Source: an uncultured Clostridia bacterium
GTDB taxonomy: Bacteria; Bacillota; Clostridia; Christensenellales; UBA1242
DNA length: 34,486 nt
Direction of reading: 5' to 3'
Assembly (NCBI GenBank): GCA_947303145.1
Contig: CAMYXB010000002.1
Coordinates: 1-34,486 of the forward strand
Part shown: in pieces, positions 17,601-27,162 of the stretch
How positions within the stretch are numbered: the stretch's first letter is position 1
How the letters are laid out: each line of letters starts with the position of its first letter
Made by a program: the position numbers and the translations under genes
Notes under the pieces: model-generated
What the model was told of the DNA's origin: nothing
Databases searched by the model: none
What the model saw: only the letters and a program-made list of their open reading frames with translations

Positions 17601-17633
17601 AAACTCCACTCGATATATGGGTGGAGTTTTTTT
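17601..17633 (+). terminator. Intrinsic terminator
   Basis: AAACTCCAC...GTGGAGTTT stem of 7-9 bp followed by T7 (17627-17633). Confidence 0.85.
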
Positions 17634-17643
17634 ATTTGCGATT

Positions 17644-17671
17644 TTGAACGGGTTATGTTATCATATATAAT
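17644..17671 (+). promoter_or_regulatory. Candidate upstream promoter facing the S10 operon
   Basis: TTGAAC (17644-17649), 16 nt, TATAAT (17666-17671). Confidence 0.45.
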
Positions 17672-17838
17672 ATATTAAAAGTAAGTATATCATAAAATAT
17701 ATTGTCAATGTGTGGCGTGCATATTGTCTATGTGGGGCGAAGATAGGGAATGCAGGGGGCTTTCATAGGGCAATTTTTGATATTTTGTGAGATATTTTAT
17801 TCGTTATAAAAGTTTTTCAAAAAAGTTGAAAAAAGATG

Positions 17839-17867
17839 TTGACATAATACTTGCATTGTAGTAAAAT
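17839..17867 (+). promoter_or_regulatory. Main S10-operon promoter with A/T-rich UP-like region
   Basis: TTGACA (17839-17844), 17 nt, TAAAAT (17862-17867), preceded by AAAGTTTTTCAAAAAAGTTGAAAAAAGA. Confidence 0.75.
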
Positions 17868-18058
17868 CTCATTACCGTGTAAAATGGGTTGAAGCGCGAA
17901 GTTACTACCTCTGTGCCTACGGTTGTAGAGAATTCGTGTGGACAAGTTTGGATTAAATTCAAGCGAACTGACCGAATCTTTCTAAGATTTTTTTTAATGA
18001 CACACAGATGAAACACACGGGCAAGTGTCATATCGTCAGTAAAGGAAAAGGAGATTAA
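17868..18058 (+). promoter_or_regulatory. ~190-nt rpsJ leader containing a terminator-like hairpin plus U-run
   Basis: AATCTT (17975-17980) / AAGATT (17984-17989) with T8 (17988-17995). A further 7-bp stem ATGACAC (17997-18003) / GTGTCAT (18025-18031) lies before the SD AAGGAAAAGGAG. Confidence 0.5.
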
Positions 18059-18367
18059 ATGGCAACACAAAAAATAAGAATCAAATTAAAGTCTTATGAC
18101 CACAGCCTCATTGACATGGCTACATCTAGGATAATAGATACAGCCAGCCGTTCCGGTTGTCAAGTGGCAGGTCCCATACCACTACCTACAGACAAGGAAG
18201 TGGTGACCATCATCAGAGCACCTCATAAGTATAAGGATAGTCGTGAGCAGTTTGAGATGCGAACACACAAAAGGATTATTGACATCTATACACCATCTTC
18301 TAAGGCAGTCGATGCTCTTATGAAACTCGACCTACCTGCAGGTGTGGATATCAATATCAAACTATAA
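18059..18367 (+). CDS. rpsJ: 30S ribosomal protein uS10
   Basis: The protein starts [15 protein letters not shown]. It is the first gene of the S10 cluster. Confidence 0.98.
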   Translation: MATQKIRIKLKSYDHSLIDMATSRIIDTASRSGCQVAGPIPLPTDKEVVTIIRAPHKYKDSREQFEMRTHKRIIDIYTPSSKAVDALMKLDLPAGVDINIKL

Positions 18368-18386
18368 GGAGGTCACGATAGGCATT

Positions 18387-19028
18387 ATGGAAAAAGCAAT
18401 TTTAGGAACCAAACTGGGTATGACTCAAGTTTTCGACAGCACTGGCAAAGTGACTCCTGTCACAGTGATAGAGGCAGGTCCTTGCACTGTAGTCCAGAAG
18501 AAGACTGTGGACAAAGATGGCTATGACGCAGTGGTCGTGGCTTTCGGCAAAGTAAGAGAGAATCTCAAGAACAAGCCTGAGATGGGATTGTTCAAGAAGG
18601 CAGGCGTAGACGCCAAGAGATATCTTAGAGAATTTAAGCTAGACGGAATGGATGCTCTACAGGTAGGCAGTGAGATAAGATGTTCCGTCCTTGAAGAAGG
18701 TGAATATGTAGACGTCACCGGCACAACCAAGGGACATGGATTTAGCGGTATCATCAAGAGATGGAATGCTAGAAGATTGAGAATGTCCCACGGCACAGGC
18801 CCTGTTCACAGAGAAGTGGGTGGCCTCAGTGCCAACTCCACTCCATCAAGAGTGTTCAAGAACCGCAAGATGCCTGGACAATTCGGTGGAGATAGAGTGA
18901 CTAAGCAGAACTTAAAAGTCGTGAAGATAGACGAGGAGAAGAATGTCGTCATGGTCAAGGGCTCTGTCCCTGGCGCCAAGGGCTCTCTAGTCATCATTCA
19001 AAGTGCCAAGAAAGCACCTAAGAAGTAA
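18387..19028 (+). CDS. rplC: 50S ribosomal protein uL3
   Basis: I moved the start to ATG 18387 (MEKAILGTKLGMTQVF), downstream of AAGGAGG. The track start at 18342 would overlap rpsJ. Confidence 0.96.
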   Translation: MEKAILGTKLGMTQVFDSTGKVTPVTVIEAGPCTVVQKKTVDKDGYDAVVVAFGKVRENLKNKPEMGLFKKAGVDAKRYLREFKLDGMDALQVGSEIRCSVLEEGEYVDVTGTTKGHGFSGIIKRWNARRLRMSHGTGPVHREVGGLSANSTPSRVFKNRKMPGQFGGDRVTKQNLKVVKIDEEKNVVMVKGSVPGAKGSLVIIQSAKKAPKK

Positions 19029-19047
19029 TATAAAGGAGTAGTTAACG

Positions 19048-19677
19048 ATGCCAAAAGTAAAAGTATACAATACACAAGCCGAAGTAGTAGGGCAGACTAC
19101 TCTTAGCGATGAGGTTTTCGGCTGTGAATACAACGAGCCTCTTATCCACCAAGTAGTGGTCGCTTACAACAATAATCAAAGACAAGGCACCAAGTCCACT
19201 CTCCTTCGCAGTGAAGTGAGAGGACACGCCGCCAAGCCTTGGAGACAGAAGGGCACCGGCAGAGCCAGACAAGGCTCCACCAAGTCTGCTCAATGGAAGG
19301 GCGGTGGCATTATCTTCGCTCCAAAGCCTAGAGACTTCAGTCAAAAGGTGAACAAGGGCATGAAGATAGCAGCCTTCAAGAGCGCTATTAGTGCCAAACT
19401 GGCCGATAGCGAAGTGGTAGTTCTAGACAAGATAGAACTCGCTAGCCCAAAGACCAAACTTTTCAAACAAGTTATGGACAACTTTGAGGTAGGGAGCAAG
19501 AATGTGCTTTTCGTCCTACCTGAGAAGAATGATGATGTGCTTAGAGCCTCTGGAAATATCGCCAATGCTCATGTCACATTCGCAGATGTGCTATCTACTT
19601 ATGAAGTGGTGGCCTCTTCCAAAGTGTACATTACACTTGATGCTATCAAAAAAATTGAGGAGGCTTACAAACTATGA
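19048..19677 (+). CDS. rplD: 50S ribosomal protein uL4
   Basis: The [15 protein letters not shown] motif is present, and the cluster position fits. Confidence 0.97.
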   Translation: MPKVKVYNTQAEVVGQTTLSDEVFGCEYNEPLIHQVVVAYNNNQRQGTKSTLLRSEVRGHAAKPWRQKGTGRARQGSTKSAQWKGGGIIFAPKPRDFSQKVNKGMKIAAFKSAISAKLADSEVVVLDKIELASPKTKLFKQVMDNFEVGSKNVLFVLPEKNDDVLRASGNIANAHVTFADVLSTYEVVASSKVYITLDAIKKIEEAYKL

Positions 19678-19976
19678 ACGCCTACGATATTATTATAAGA
19701 CCTCTTTTATCCGAAAAGAGTTATGCCACCATTCCTGACAAGAAATACACTTTCGTTGTCAATATGGACGCCAATAAGATTGAGATAAAACAGGCCGTAG
19801 AACAGATTTTCAAAGTAAAAGTAAAGAGAGTCAACACACTCATTGTTAAGGGAAAGAAAAAAGTTCAGAATACCAAGCAAGGTAGAAGTGTTGGCAGAAC
19901 CAGTGATTATAAGAAGGCAATAGTGTGGCTCACCAGTGACAGCAAGGCTATTGAATTCTTCGAGAGTCTAAACTAA
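19674..19976 (+). CDS. rplW: 50S ribosomal protein uL23
   Basis: ATGA overlap with rplD. The protein starts [13 protein letters not shown]. Confidence 0.97.
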   Translation: MNAYDIIIRPLLSEKSYATIPDKKYTFVVNMDANKIEIKQAVEQIFKVKVKRVNTLIVKGKKKVQNTKQGRSVGRTSDYKKAIVWLTSDSKAIEFFESLN

Positions 19977-19989
19977 TAGGAGAGAGAAA

Positions 19990-20817
19990 ATGGCAATAAG
20001 AAGACATAATCCAACCACACCTTCACAGAGATTTATTACTACTACTGATTTTTCCGATTTGACTAAGAAAAAGCCAGAGAAAGCACTCCTTTCTGTCAAG
20101 AAGAAGAATGCTGGAAGAAATGCTCAGGGTAGAATAACTGTCAGACATAAAGGTGGCGGTAATAGACAAAAATATAGACTTGTGGACTTTAGACGCAAGC
20201 ACGACAATGTGCCTGCCACAGTGAAAGCCATAGAGTATGACCCAAATAGAAGTGCCAATATCGCTCTGCTCCATTACTTAGATGGTGCCAAGTCATACAT
20301 TCTCGCTCCTGTAGGCCTGAATGTCGGTGACAAGGTGATGAGTGGCGAAGAAGTCGAGGTGAAAGTGGGCAACTGCATGCCTATGAAGAATATCCCTGTA
20401 GGTAGCGTTTTGCACAATATAGAGATGAGACCAGGTCAGGGTGCCAAGATAGCTAGATCTGCTGGTATATCCGCCAGACTTATGGCCAAGGAAGGCAATT
20501 ATGCCACTCTCAAGATGCCTAGCGGTGAGATGAGAATGGTGCCTATCGTGTGCAGAGCCACTTTAGGTCAAGTGGGCAACACTGACCATGAGATAGTGTC
20601 CATCGGTAAGGCTGGTAGACATAGACACATGGGTGTAAGACCTAGTGTGCGTGGTGTGGTTATGAACCCTATCGACCACCCTCATGGTGGTGGCGAGGGT
20701 AAGTCCCCTGTAGGTATGCCTAGCCCAGTGACACCTTGGGGCAAGCCAGCTCTTGGATATAAGACTAGAAATAAGAAAAAGGCTTCTAATAAGTTCATTA
20801 TTAGCAGAGCCAAGTAG
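19990..20817 (+). CDS. rplB: 50S ribosomal protein uL2
   Basis: [15 protein letters not shown] motif. The protein is 275 aa. Confidence 0.98.
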   Translation: MAIRRHNPTTPSQRFITTTDFSDLTKKKPEKALLSVKKKNAGRNAQGRITVRHKGGGNRQKYRLVDFRRKHDNVPATVKAIEYDPNRSANIALLHYLDGAKSYILAPVGLNVGDKVMSGEEVEVKVGNCMPMKNIPVGSVLHNIEMRPGQGAKIARSAGISARLMAKEGNYATLKMPSGEMRMVPIVCRATLGQVGNTDHEIVSIGKAGRHRHMGVRPSVRGVVMNPIDHPHGGGEGKSPVGMPSPVTPWGKPALGYKTRNKKKASNKFIISRAK

Positions 20818-20834
20818 ACAAGGAGTAGTGTGAA

Positions 20835-21110
20835 ATGAGTAGATCATTAAAGAAAAAACCTTATGTAGAACAAAGGCTGATGACTCGCATCAAAGAGATG
20901 AATGAGTCTGGCTCCAAGAAGCCTGTCAAGACATGGTCCAGAGCATCTGTCATTTATCCAGATTTCGTCGGTCATACCATCGCTGTTCACAATGGCAAGA
21001 AACACATTCCTGTCTATTGCACAGCCGAAATGGTGGGGCACAAACTCGGTGAGTTCGCCCCCACTAGAACATTCAGAGGCCATGGTGCAGATAAGGCAAA
21101 AGGTAAATAA
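20835..21110 (+). CDS. rpsS: 30S ribosomal protein uS19
   Basis: Contains [11 protein letters not shown] and [16 protein letters not shown]. Confidence 0.98.
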   Translation: MSRSLKKKPYVEQRLMTRIKEMNESGSKKPVKTWSRASVIYPDFVGHTIAVHNGKKHIPVYCTAEMVGHKLGEFAPTRTFRGHGADKAKGK

Positions 21111-21122
21111 AGGAGAGGTAAA

Positions 21123-21515
21123 ATGGCAACAAGAATAAGAGAAAAAACTGAAAAAATCAACCAAACTCGTGATACCAGACCTTACGCTGTGGCGAAATTT
21201 TTGAGACTTAGCAATACCAAACTCGATATAGTGATGGACCTAGTTAGAGGCAAGAGTTATGCGGACGCTGAGGCCATACTTAAGAATATGCCTAACAAGG
21301 GCGCAGACCTTATATACAAAGTTCTGCAGAGTGCAGGTGCCAATGCCGAGAATAACAAGGGGCTCAACAAGCAAGACCTCTATGTCGCAGAGATATATTC
21401 CGGACAAGGCTCCACTTATAAGAGACAGAGTATAAGGGCTAGAGGTCGTGTAGACCAGATTTTGAAGAGAACAAGCAATATTACTGTAATTCTTGATACA
21501 GTTAAGGGAGAATAG
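21123..21515 (+). CDS. rplV: 50S ribosomal protein uL22
   Basis: The cluster position fits. Contains AKFLRLSNTKLDIVMDLVRGK and KRTSNITVIL. Confidence 0.96.
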   Translation: MATRIREKTEKINQTRDTRPYAVAKFLRLSNTKLDIVMDLVRGKSYADAEAILKNMPNKGADLIYKVLQSAGANAENNKGLNKQDLYVAEIYSGQGSTYKRQSIRARGRVDQILKRTSNITVILDTVKGE

Positions 21516-21517
21516 TT

Positions 21518-22183
21518 ATGGGACAGAAAGTTAGTCCAAACGGACTTAGAATAGGTATCAATAAGAATTGGAATTCCTTGTGGTATGTCGAAGATAAAGA
21601 CTTCGCCAAAAACCTCAAAGAAGACAATGTCATAAGAAATTTTATTAAGAAAAAATATTACTCCTGTGCTATCTCAAAAATAGTCATAGAGAGGACTTCC
21701 AAGAGAGTGGTAGTCACTATATACACCGCTCGTCCTGGTATCCTTATTGGACAGAAAGGTGCTGGAGTGGAGGCCTTGAAGAAAGAGATACTCTCTCTCA
21801 GCAAGACCGAAGTCGTGACTATCAATATCAAGGAAATCAAGAACCCTGATACAGATGCCACACTTATCGCCGAGAGCATTGCATCTCAACTGGAGAAACG
21901 TGTGCACTTTAGGCGTGCTATGAAGATGGCCATGCAGAAAGCCACCAAGGCAGGTGTCAAGGGTGTCAAGACTATGGTGTCTGGTCGTCTAGACGGAGCA
22001 GATATTGCCAGAAGTGAACATTATCATCAAGGCAGTCTCCCACTACAGACACTTAGAGCAGACATCGACTATGGCTTCGCTGAGGCCAAGACAACTTTCG
22101 GCATTATCGGTGTCAAAGTGTGGGTTTACAACGGAGAGATATTTTCTAAGAAAACTCCTGTGAAAAATGGAGGGAACAACTGA
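21518..22183 (+). CDS. rpsC: 30S ribosomal protein uS3
   Basis: Contains [14 protein letters not shown] and the KH-domain segment [14 protein letters not shown]. Confidence 0.98.
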   Translation: MGQKVSPNGLRIGINKNWNSLWYVEDKDFAKNLKEDNVIRNFIKKKYYSCAISKIVIERTSKRVVVTIYTARPGILIGQKGAGVEALKKEILSLSKTEVVTINIKEIKNPDTDATLIAESIASQLEKRVHFRRAMKMAMQKATKAGVKGVKTMVSGRLDGADIARSEHYHQGSLPLQTLRADIDYGFAEAKTTFGIIGVKVWVYNGEIFSKKTPVKNGGNN

Positions 22184-22644
22184 TGTTAATGCCTAAAAGA
22201 GTAAAGAGAAGAAAGGTTCAACGTGGGAGAATGAGAGGTGTCGCCACTCGTGGCAACAAACTCGCCTACGGAGAATATGGCATAGTGTCTACAGAGCCTT
22301 GCTGGATTACTTCCAATCAGATAGAGGCTGCTCGTATCGCTATGACTAGATATACCAAGCGTGGTGGTAAGGTCTGGATAGACATTTTCCCAGACAAGCC
22401 CATCACCAAGAAACCTGCCGAAACCCGTATGGGTAGTGGTAAGGGCAATCCAGAATTTTGGGTGGCTGTGGTCAAACCAGGTAGAGTCCTGTTTGAACTT
22501 GCTGGCGTGGAAGAGAGTGTGGCCAGAGAGGCACTGAGACTGGCGTCTCACAAGTTGCCTTGCGTGACCAAGATAATCTCCAGAAAAGATGAGGAAGCTC
22601 AGGCTGGTAAGGCACAGACCGAAGTAGAAGGTGGTGCAGTATAA
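22183..22644 (+). CDS. rplP: 50S ribosomal protein uL16
   Basis: The protein starts [15 protein letters not shown]. The start overlaps the rpsC stop (TGATG). Confidence 0.97.
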   Translation: MLMPKRVKRRKVQRGRMRGVATRGNKLAYGEYGIVSTEPCWITSNQIEAARIAMTRYTKRGGKVWIDIFPDKPITKKPAETRMGSGKGNPEFWVAVVKPGRVLFELAGVEESVAREALRLASHKLPCVTKIISRKDEEAQAGKAQTEVEGGAV

Positions 22645-22865
22645 TGAAGATAAATGATATACGCAATATGACCAGTGACGAATTGAAAGCCAAACTCGCC
22701 TCTACCAAGGCAGAACTATTCAATCTCAGGTTTCAACATGCTACAGGCAATCTTGCCAATCCAATGCTCTTAAATTCTTTGAGAAAAGATATCGCAAAAA
22801 TCAAAACTGTCCTTACCGAGAGAGAACTTGGCATAGAGAATGCCAATAAGAAGGTTAAGGCATAG
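22644..22865 (+). CDS. rpmC: 50S ribosomal protein uL29
   Basis: Contains ELKAKLASTKAELFNLRFQHATG. Confidence 0.96.
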   Translation: MKINDIRNMTSDELKAKLASTKAELFNLRFQHATGNLANPMLLNSLRKDIAKIKTVLTERELGIENANKKVKA

Positions 22866-22876
22866 GAGTGTAAGTC

Positions 22877-23137
22877 ATGGAAGAAAAAAGAAACAATAGA
22901 AAGACCAAAATAGGTGTAGTAGTCAGTGACAAGATGGACAAGACCGTTGTCGTGGCCGTCACTAGCAACGTAAAACACCCTTTGTATAAAAAAGTCGTTA
23001 AAATCACCAAGAAGTTCAAAGCACACGATGAGAACAACGAGTGCAAGGTGGGTGACACTGTGGAAATCATGGAGACCAGACCTATCAGCAAGACCACTCA
23101 CTTCAGACTTCTTAGGATAGTAGAGAAGGCTAAGTAA
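22877..23137 (+). CDS. rpsQ: 30S ribosomal protein uS17
   Basis: Contains [16 protein letters not shown] and HPLYKK. Confidence 0.97.
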   Translation: MEEKRNNRKTKIGVVVSDKMDKTVVVAVTSNVKHPLYKKVVKITKKFKAHDENNECKVGDTVEIMETRPISKTTHFRLLRIVEKAK

Positions 23138-23154
23138 TAGGGAGGAGATGAGAC

Positions 23155-23523
23155 ATGATTCAACCACAAACTAGACTCAAGGTCGCCGACAATACTGGTG
23201 CAAAAGTCATTATGTGCATTAGAGTTTTGGGCGGTTCATTCAGAAGAAGTGGCAACATTGGTGATGTTATCGTCGCCTCTGTTAAGAAGGCTACACCCGG
23301 TGGTGTAGTCAAGAAGGGTGATGTCGTCAAGGCAGTTATCGTGCGTTCCAGTAAGGGCGTGCAAAGACAAGACGGCTCATCTATCAGATTTGATGACAAT
23401 GCCGCTGTCATCATCGACAATCAAAAACAACCACGTGGAACACGTATATTCGGACCTGTCGCAAGGGAACTTAGAGAAGGTGGCTATATGAAGATACTTT
23501 CTCTTGCTCCAGAGGTCCTATAA
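23155..23523 (+). CDS. rplN: 50S ribosomal protein uL14
   Basis: The protein starts [17 protein letters not shown]. Confidence 0.98.
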   Translation: MIQPQTRLKVADNTGAKVIMCIRVLGGSFRRSGNIGDVIVASVKKATPGGVVKKGDVVKAVIVRSSKGVQRQDGSSIRFDDNAAVIIDNQKQPRGTRIFGPVARELREGGYMKILSLAPEVL

Positions 23524-23540
23524 GGGAGGAAGACAAGGAA

Positions 23541-24059
23541 ATGGCAAGATTAAGTATCAAAAAGGGCGACAACGTCCTAGTGACAGCCGGTATAGATAGT
23601 GGCAAAGTGGCCGAAGTCCTAGAGTGCTTCCCTGAGGAAGGCAAAGTGACAGTGAAAGGTGTCCACATGATAACCAAGCACAACAAGCCAAGGTCCGCTC
23701 AGGACAAGGGTGGCATTGTCAAGAAAGAGGGCAAGATAGACGCCAGCAATGTATCCATAGTCTGTCCTGCTTGTGGCAAGGCTACTAGAGTGGCTCATGG
23801 CAAGAATGACAAGGGCGAGAAAGTGAGACTGTGCAAGAAGTGCGGTGCCTCTCTCGATAGCGGTGTCAAGAAGCCTACTGAGAAAAAGGCTCCTAAGGCA
23901 GAAAAAGTGGAAAAGACAGAGCCTGCAGTAGAGAAGAAAGAGGAAAAGGCCAAGAAGCCTGCTACCTCCAGAAAATCTAGCACAGCAGTCAAGACCACCA
24001 AGTCTGTATCAACAGTAAAGAAGAACCCTAGCACAACTAAGAAAATCGGTGGAAAGTAG
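23541..24059 (+). CDS. rplX: 50S ribosomal protein uL24, atypical: Cys4 knuckle plus ~68-aa K/A/T/S-rich tail (172 aa)
   Basis: The KOW N-terminus IKKGDNVLVTAGIDSGKVAEV is present. CPAC (Cys75/78) and CKKC (Cys98/101) fall at 23763-23843. The tail runs from 23853 to 24056. Confidence 0.95.
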   Translation: MARLSIKKGDNVLVTAGIDSGKVAEVLECFPEEGKVTVKGVHMITKHNKPRSAQDKGGIVKKEGKIDASNVSIVCPACGKATRVAHGKNDKGEKVRLCKKCGASLDSGVKKPTEKKAPKAEKVEKTEPAVEKKEEKAKKPATSRKSSTAVKTTKSVSTVKKNPSTTKKIGGK

Positions 24060-24065
24060 GAGGAA

Positions 24066-24626
24066 ATGATGGCAAAGAAAGAAAACGCAAGATTACGTGA
24101 ATATTACAAGTCAACTGTAGCCCCAGCGCTCCAGAAAGAATATTCCTATAAGAACGTTATGGAAATCCCAAAACTCGATAAGATAGTTGTGTGCATGGGA
24201 CTAGGAGAAGTGAAGGACAATTCCAAGAGCTTCAATCTCGCTCTTGAGGAATTGACCACCATCACTGGACAAAAGGCTATCCCTACTTATGCCAAGAAGT
24301 CTGTCTCCAACTTCAAAGTGAGAGAAGGACAGAAGATTGGCGCCAAGGTGACTCTTAGAGGAGACATAATGTATGAATTCCTCGACAGACTCATCTCCAT
24401 CGCTCTTCCTAGAGTGAGAGACTTCAAGGGAATTAGCCCCAAGGCATTCGATGGACGTGGCAATTACGCTCTTGGGATAAAGGAACAACTCATTTTCCCA
24501 GAGATTTCTTATGAAAAAGTCGAAAAAGTTAGAGGTATGGACGTTATCATTGTGACCACTGCCAAGTCTAACAAAGAGGCATTCTCTCTGCTGAGCCTTA
24601 TGGGTATGCCTTTTGCAAAGAGATAA
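24066..24626 (+). CDS. rplE: 50S ribosomal protein uL5
   Basis: Contains [21 protein letters not shown]. The start may instead be the second ATG at 24069, which has better spacing from GGAGG. Confidence 0.97.
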   Translation: MMAKKENARLREYYKSTVAPALQKEYSYKNVMEIPKLDKIVVCMGLGEVKDNSKSFNLALEELTTITGQKAIPTYAKKSVSNFKVREGQKIGAKVTLRGDIMYEFLDRLISIALPRVRDFKGISPKAFDGRGNYALGIKEQLIFPEISYEKVEKVRGMDVIIVTTAKSNKEAFSLLSLMGMPFAKR

Positions 24627-24649
24627 TCTAGAGGATAGAGGATATAATT

Positions 24650-24835
24650 ATGGCAAAAAAATCAATGATAAATAAGCAACAAAGAAAGCAAAAATTCTCC
24701 ACTCGTGAGTATACCAGATGTTCCATCTGTGGTCGTCCTCATGCAGTGCTCAAGAAGTATGGAATTTGCAGAATTTGTTTCAGGAATTTGGCTTATAAAG
24801 GTGAAATACCAGGCGTTAAAAAGGCTAGTTGGTAA
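24650..24835 (+). CDS. rpsN: 30S ribosomal protein uS14, short zinc-binding (type Z) form
   Basis: 61 aa, with [20 protein letters not shown]. Confidence 0.97.
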   Translation: MAKKSMINKQQRKQKFSTREYTRCSICGRPHAVLKKYGICRICFRNLAYKGEIPGVKKASW

Positions 24836-24851
24836 AGGAGTATAGAGAATA

Positions 24852-25250
24852 ATGATAGTTACAGATCCTATAGCAGATATGCTTACACGCATTCGCAATG
24901 CATTGACTATTAGAAGAGGGGAAGTTATGGTCCCTGCTTCCAAGACAAAGAATGCTATTGCCGAAATCCTTTTTAATGAAGGGTATATTGAGAAATATGA
25001 ACTAGTAGACGTAGACGGCTACAAGTCTATCAACATTACACTCAAGTATGGACCTAATGGAGAGAAAGTTATCCAAGGACTTAAGAGAATATCCAAGCCT
25101 GGTCTTAGAGTGTATGCCGAGAGTAGCGACCTGCCTAGAGTCCTCAATGGACTTGGCATAGCCATAGTATCTACTAACAAAGGTATAATGACGGATAGAG
25201 AGGCCAGAAGCCAGAAAGTTGGCGGTGAAGTCCTCGCATTCGTTTGGTAA
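24852..25250 (+). CDS. rpsH: 30S ribosomal protein uS8
   Basis: The protein starts with [14 protein letters not shown]. Confidence 0.98.
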   Translation: MIVTDPIADMLTRIRNALTIRRGEVMVPASKTKNAIAEILFNEGYIEKYELVDVDGYKSINITLKYGPNGEKVIQGLKRISKPGLRVYAESSDLPRVLNGLGIAIVSTNKGIMTDREARSQKVGGEVLAFVW

Positions 25251-25264
25251 GGAGGAGAGAGAAG

Positions 25265-25810
25265 ATGTCTAGAGTAGGAAGAATGCCAGTGGATATACCT
25301 GCTGGTGTCACAGTAGAAGTAAATGCAGACAATCTAGTCACAGTGAGTGGCAAACTCGGCTCTCTCACACAATTGGTGGACAAGATTATCACCGTCAAAG
25401 TGGAGAACTCTCAAGTTATTTTGACCAGAAAAAATGAGTCTGGCGATGCCAAGGCCAAGCATGGACTATACAGAATGTTGGTATTTAACATGGTCAAGGG
25501 TGTGTCAGAGGGATTTTCCAAGACACTTGTTATCAATGGTGTCGGCTACAAGGCCACTAAACAAGGTAATAAGGTTGTCATGGGACTTGGCTTCTCCCAC
25601 CCAGTAGAAGTGGTAGAGGAGAATGGTATCACACTAGAGTGCCCAGATGCCACTACTGTAGTGGTGAAGGGTATCTCCAAGGAGGCAGTAGGTCAATTCT
25701 CTGCCAAGATAAGAGGCCTCAGACCAGTGGAGCCATATCACGCATATGGCATAAGATATAGCGACGAAGTAGTCGTGAGAAAAGTCGGCAAAGTTTCAGG
25801 TAAAAAGTAA
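25265..25810 (+). CDS. rplF: 50S ribosomal protein uL6
   Basis: I moved the start to ATG 25265 (MSRVGRMPVDIP), after AAGGAGGAG. The track start at 25244 is TTG inside rpsH. Confidence 0.96.
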   Translation: MSRVGRMPVDIPAGVTVEVNADNLVTVSGKLGSLTQLVDKIITVKVENSQVILTRKNESGDAKAKHGLYRMLVFNMVKGVSEGFSKTLVINGVGYKATKQGNKVVMGLGFSHPVEVVEENGITLECPDATTVVVKGISKEAVGQFSAKIRGLRPVEPYHAYGIRYSDEVVVRKVGKVSGKK

Positions 25811-25826
25811 AGGATAGGAGAGTGAA

Positions 25827-26195
25827 ATGATAAATCAAGCGAATAAAAACGTGCAGAGAAGACATAGACACCTCAGAGTGAGGAAGAATCTCTTCGGCAC
25901 AAAAGAAGCACCTAGACTGAATGTCTACAGAAGTACCAGCAATATCTATGCGCAGATTATCAATGACGAAGATGGCGTCACTCTTTGCAGTGCCTCTACA
26001 TTGACTAGCGAACTTAAAGATGCCCTAAATGGCAAGACCAAGAACGAGCAAGCATTCCTTGTGGGAGAACTTCTCGGCAAGAGAGCCAAAGAGAAAGGTA
26101 TAACTGATGTCGTGTTTGACAGAGGTGGATACCTCTATACAGGCAGAGTGCAGAATTTGGCAGATGGCGCCAGAAAGGCAGGGTTGAATTTCTAA
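25827..26195 (+). CDS. rplR: 50S ribosomal protein uL18
   Basis: Contains [15 protein letters not shown] and [11 protein letters not shown]. Confidence 0.97.
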   Translation: MINQANKNVQRRHRHLRVRKNLFGTKEAPRLNVYRSTSNIYAQIINDEDGVTLCSASTLTSELKDALNGKTKNEQAFLVGELLGKRAKEKGITDVVFDRGGYLYTGRVQNLADGARKAGLNF

Positions 26196-26206
26196 TGGAG
26201 GATAAA

Positions 26207-26911
26207 ATGGAAAACGAAGTAAATATCGAAGAAGTCAAAGAGACTGAACTCGCTCCAGTAGAGGAGACTGCTCCACAAGAAGAGGCTGTCACAGAGACCG
26301 CTTCAAATGAGGAAGTCAAACCTGCTAAAGAGGTGAAGAAAGAGAAATCTACTGTCAAGACATATACACCACAAGAGAAGCCTGGCAAGAAGTTTGATAA
26401 GAAAAGACAGCCCAAGGCTCCTGAAACACGCAGAGAAGATAGCGAATTTGACAAAAAACTCGTGGAAGTAAGACGTGTCGCCAAGGTTGTCAAAGGCGGT
26501 AGAACTATGAGATTTAGCGCACTAGTAGTCGTAGGCAACAAGAACGGCCTAGTGGGTGTGGGTATCGGCAAGTCTGGCGAAGTGCCAGAGGCCATAGAGA
26601 AGGCCACCGCCGCTGCTAAGAAGAACCTTATCTCCGTCCCTATGCTCGGCAGCACCATTCCACATGGTGTGGTGGGCAAGTTCAGTGCCTCCAGTGTATA
26701 TCTCTTCCCTGCTCCACAGGGAACTGGTGTTATCGCCGGTGGTAGTGCTAGAGCAGTGATGGAACTAGCTGGTGTCAAGGACATCGTCACTAAGGCACAT
26801 GGCTCTAACAACAAAATAAATGGTGTCAAAGCCACTATTGAGGCCTTAAAACAACTGAGAACTCGTGAAGAAGTGGCTGCCCTTAGAGGCAAAGCACCTG
26901 AAGAAATATAA
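26207..26911 (+). CDS. rpsE: 30S ribosomal protein uS5 with ~80-aa acidic/lysine-rich N-terminal extension
   Basis: The core begins [27 protein letters not shown] prefer ATG 26207, which is 5 nt after GGAGG (26197-26201); the alternative ATG at 26195 overlaps the rplR stop. Confidence 0.93.
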   Translation: MENEVNIEEVKETELAPVEETAPQEEAVTETASNEEVKPAKEVKKEKSTVKTYTPQEKPGKKFDKKRQPKAPETRREDSEFDKKLVEVRRVAKVVKGGRTMRFSALVVVGNKNGLVGVGIGKSGEVPEAIEKATAAAKKNLISVPMLGSTIPHGVVGKFSASSVYLFPAPQGTGVIAGGSARAVMELAGVKDIVTKAHGSNNKINGVKATIEALKQLRTREEVAALRGKAPEEI

Positions 26912-26926
26912 TCATTGGAGGAAATC

Positions 26927-27124
26927 ATGGCAAAGAAGAAGAGTAAACAATTAAAAGTGACATATGTCCGCAGTGCCATAGGCTACAACAAGCATCAATC
27001 AAAGATTCTCGAAGCCTTGGGACTTAGGAAACTCAATACTACCAAAATTTTCCCTGACAATGATTGTATAAGAGGGAGTTTATTCAAAGTAAAACACCTA
27101 GTCAAAGTGGAAGAAATTGACTAA
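26927..27124 (+). CDS. rpmD: 50S ribosomal protein uL30
   Basis: I moved the start to ATG 26927 (MAKKKSKQLKVTYVRSAIG), after GGAGG. The track start at 26915 is TTG. Confidence 0.95.
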   Translation: MAKKKSKQLKVTYVRSAIGYNKHQSKILEALGLRKLNTTKIFPDNDCIRGSLFKVKHLVKVEEID

Positions 27125-27162
27125 TTTCTATCAAATATAGCGAAAAAGGAGAGATCAATATA

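Noticed and set aside
17394-17678. 94-aa ORF (plus strand) and 70-aa ORF 17390..17602 (minus strand)
   Set aside because: They have GTG or SD-less starts. The plus-strand ORF runs through a strong intrinsic terminator and a promoter. The sequences are not protein-like, so I treat the region as noncoding (see finding).
17734-17770. G-quadruplex formed by four G-runs upstream of the S10 promoter
   Set aside because: Two of the loops are 8 nt and two runs are only GGG. The idea is purely speculative without biophysical data. I kept it only as a detail in the S10 upstream finding.
26014-26979. 321-aa ORF antisense to rplR/rpsE/rpmD, plus other long antisense ORFs (4640..5227, 7792..8403, 8440..8886, 11462..11887, 22733..23167, 27983..28540, 29788..30264)
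   Set aside because: Each lies opposite a confidently identified conserved gene and gives Ser/Leu/Thr-rich low-complexity products with no SD. They are the expected by-product of purine-rich, stop-poor coding strands.
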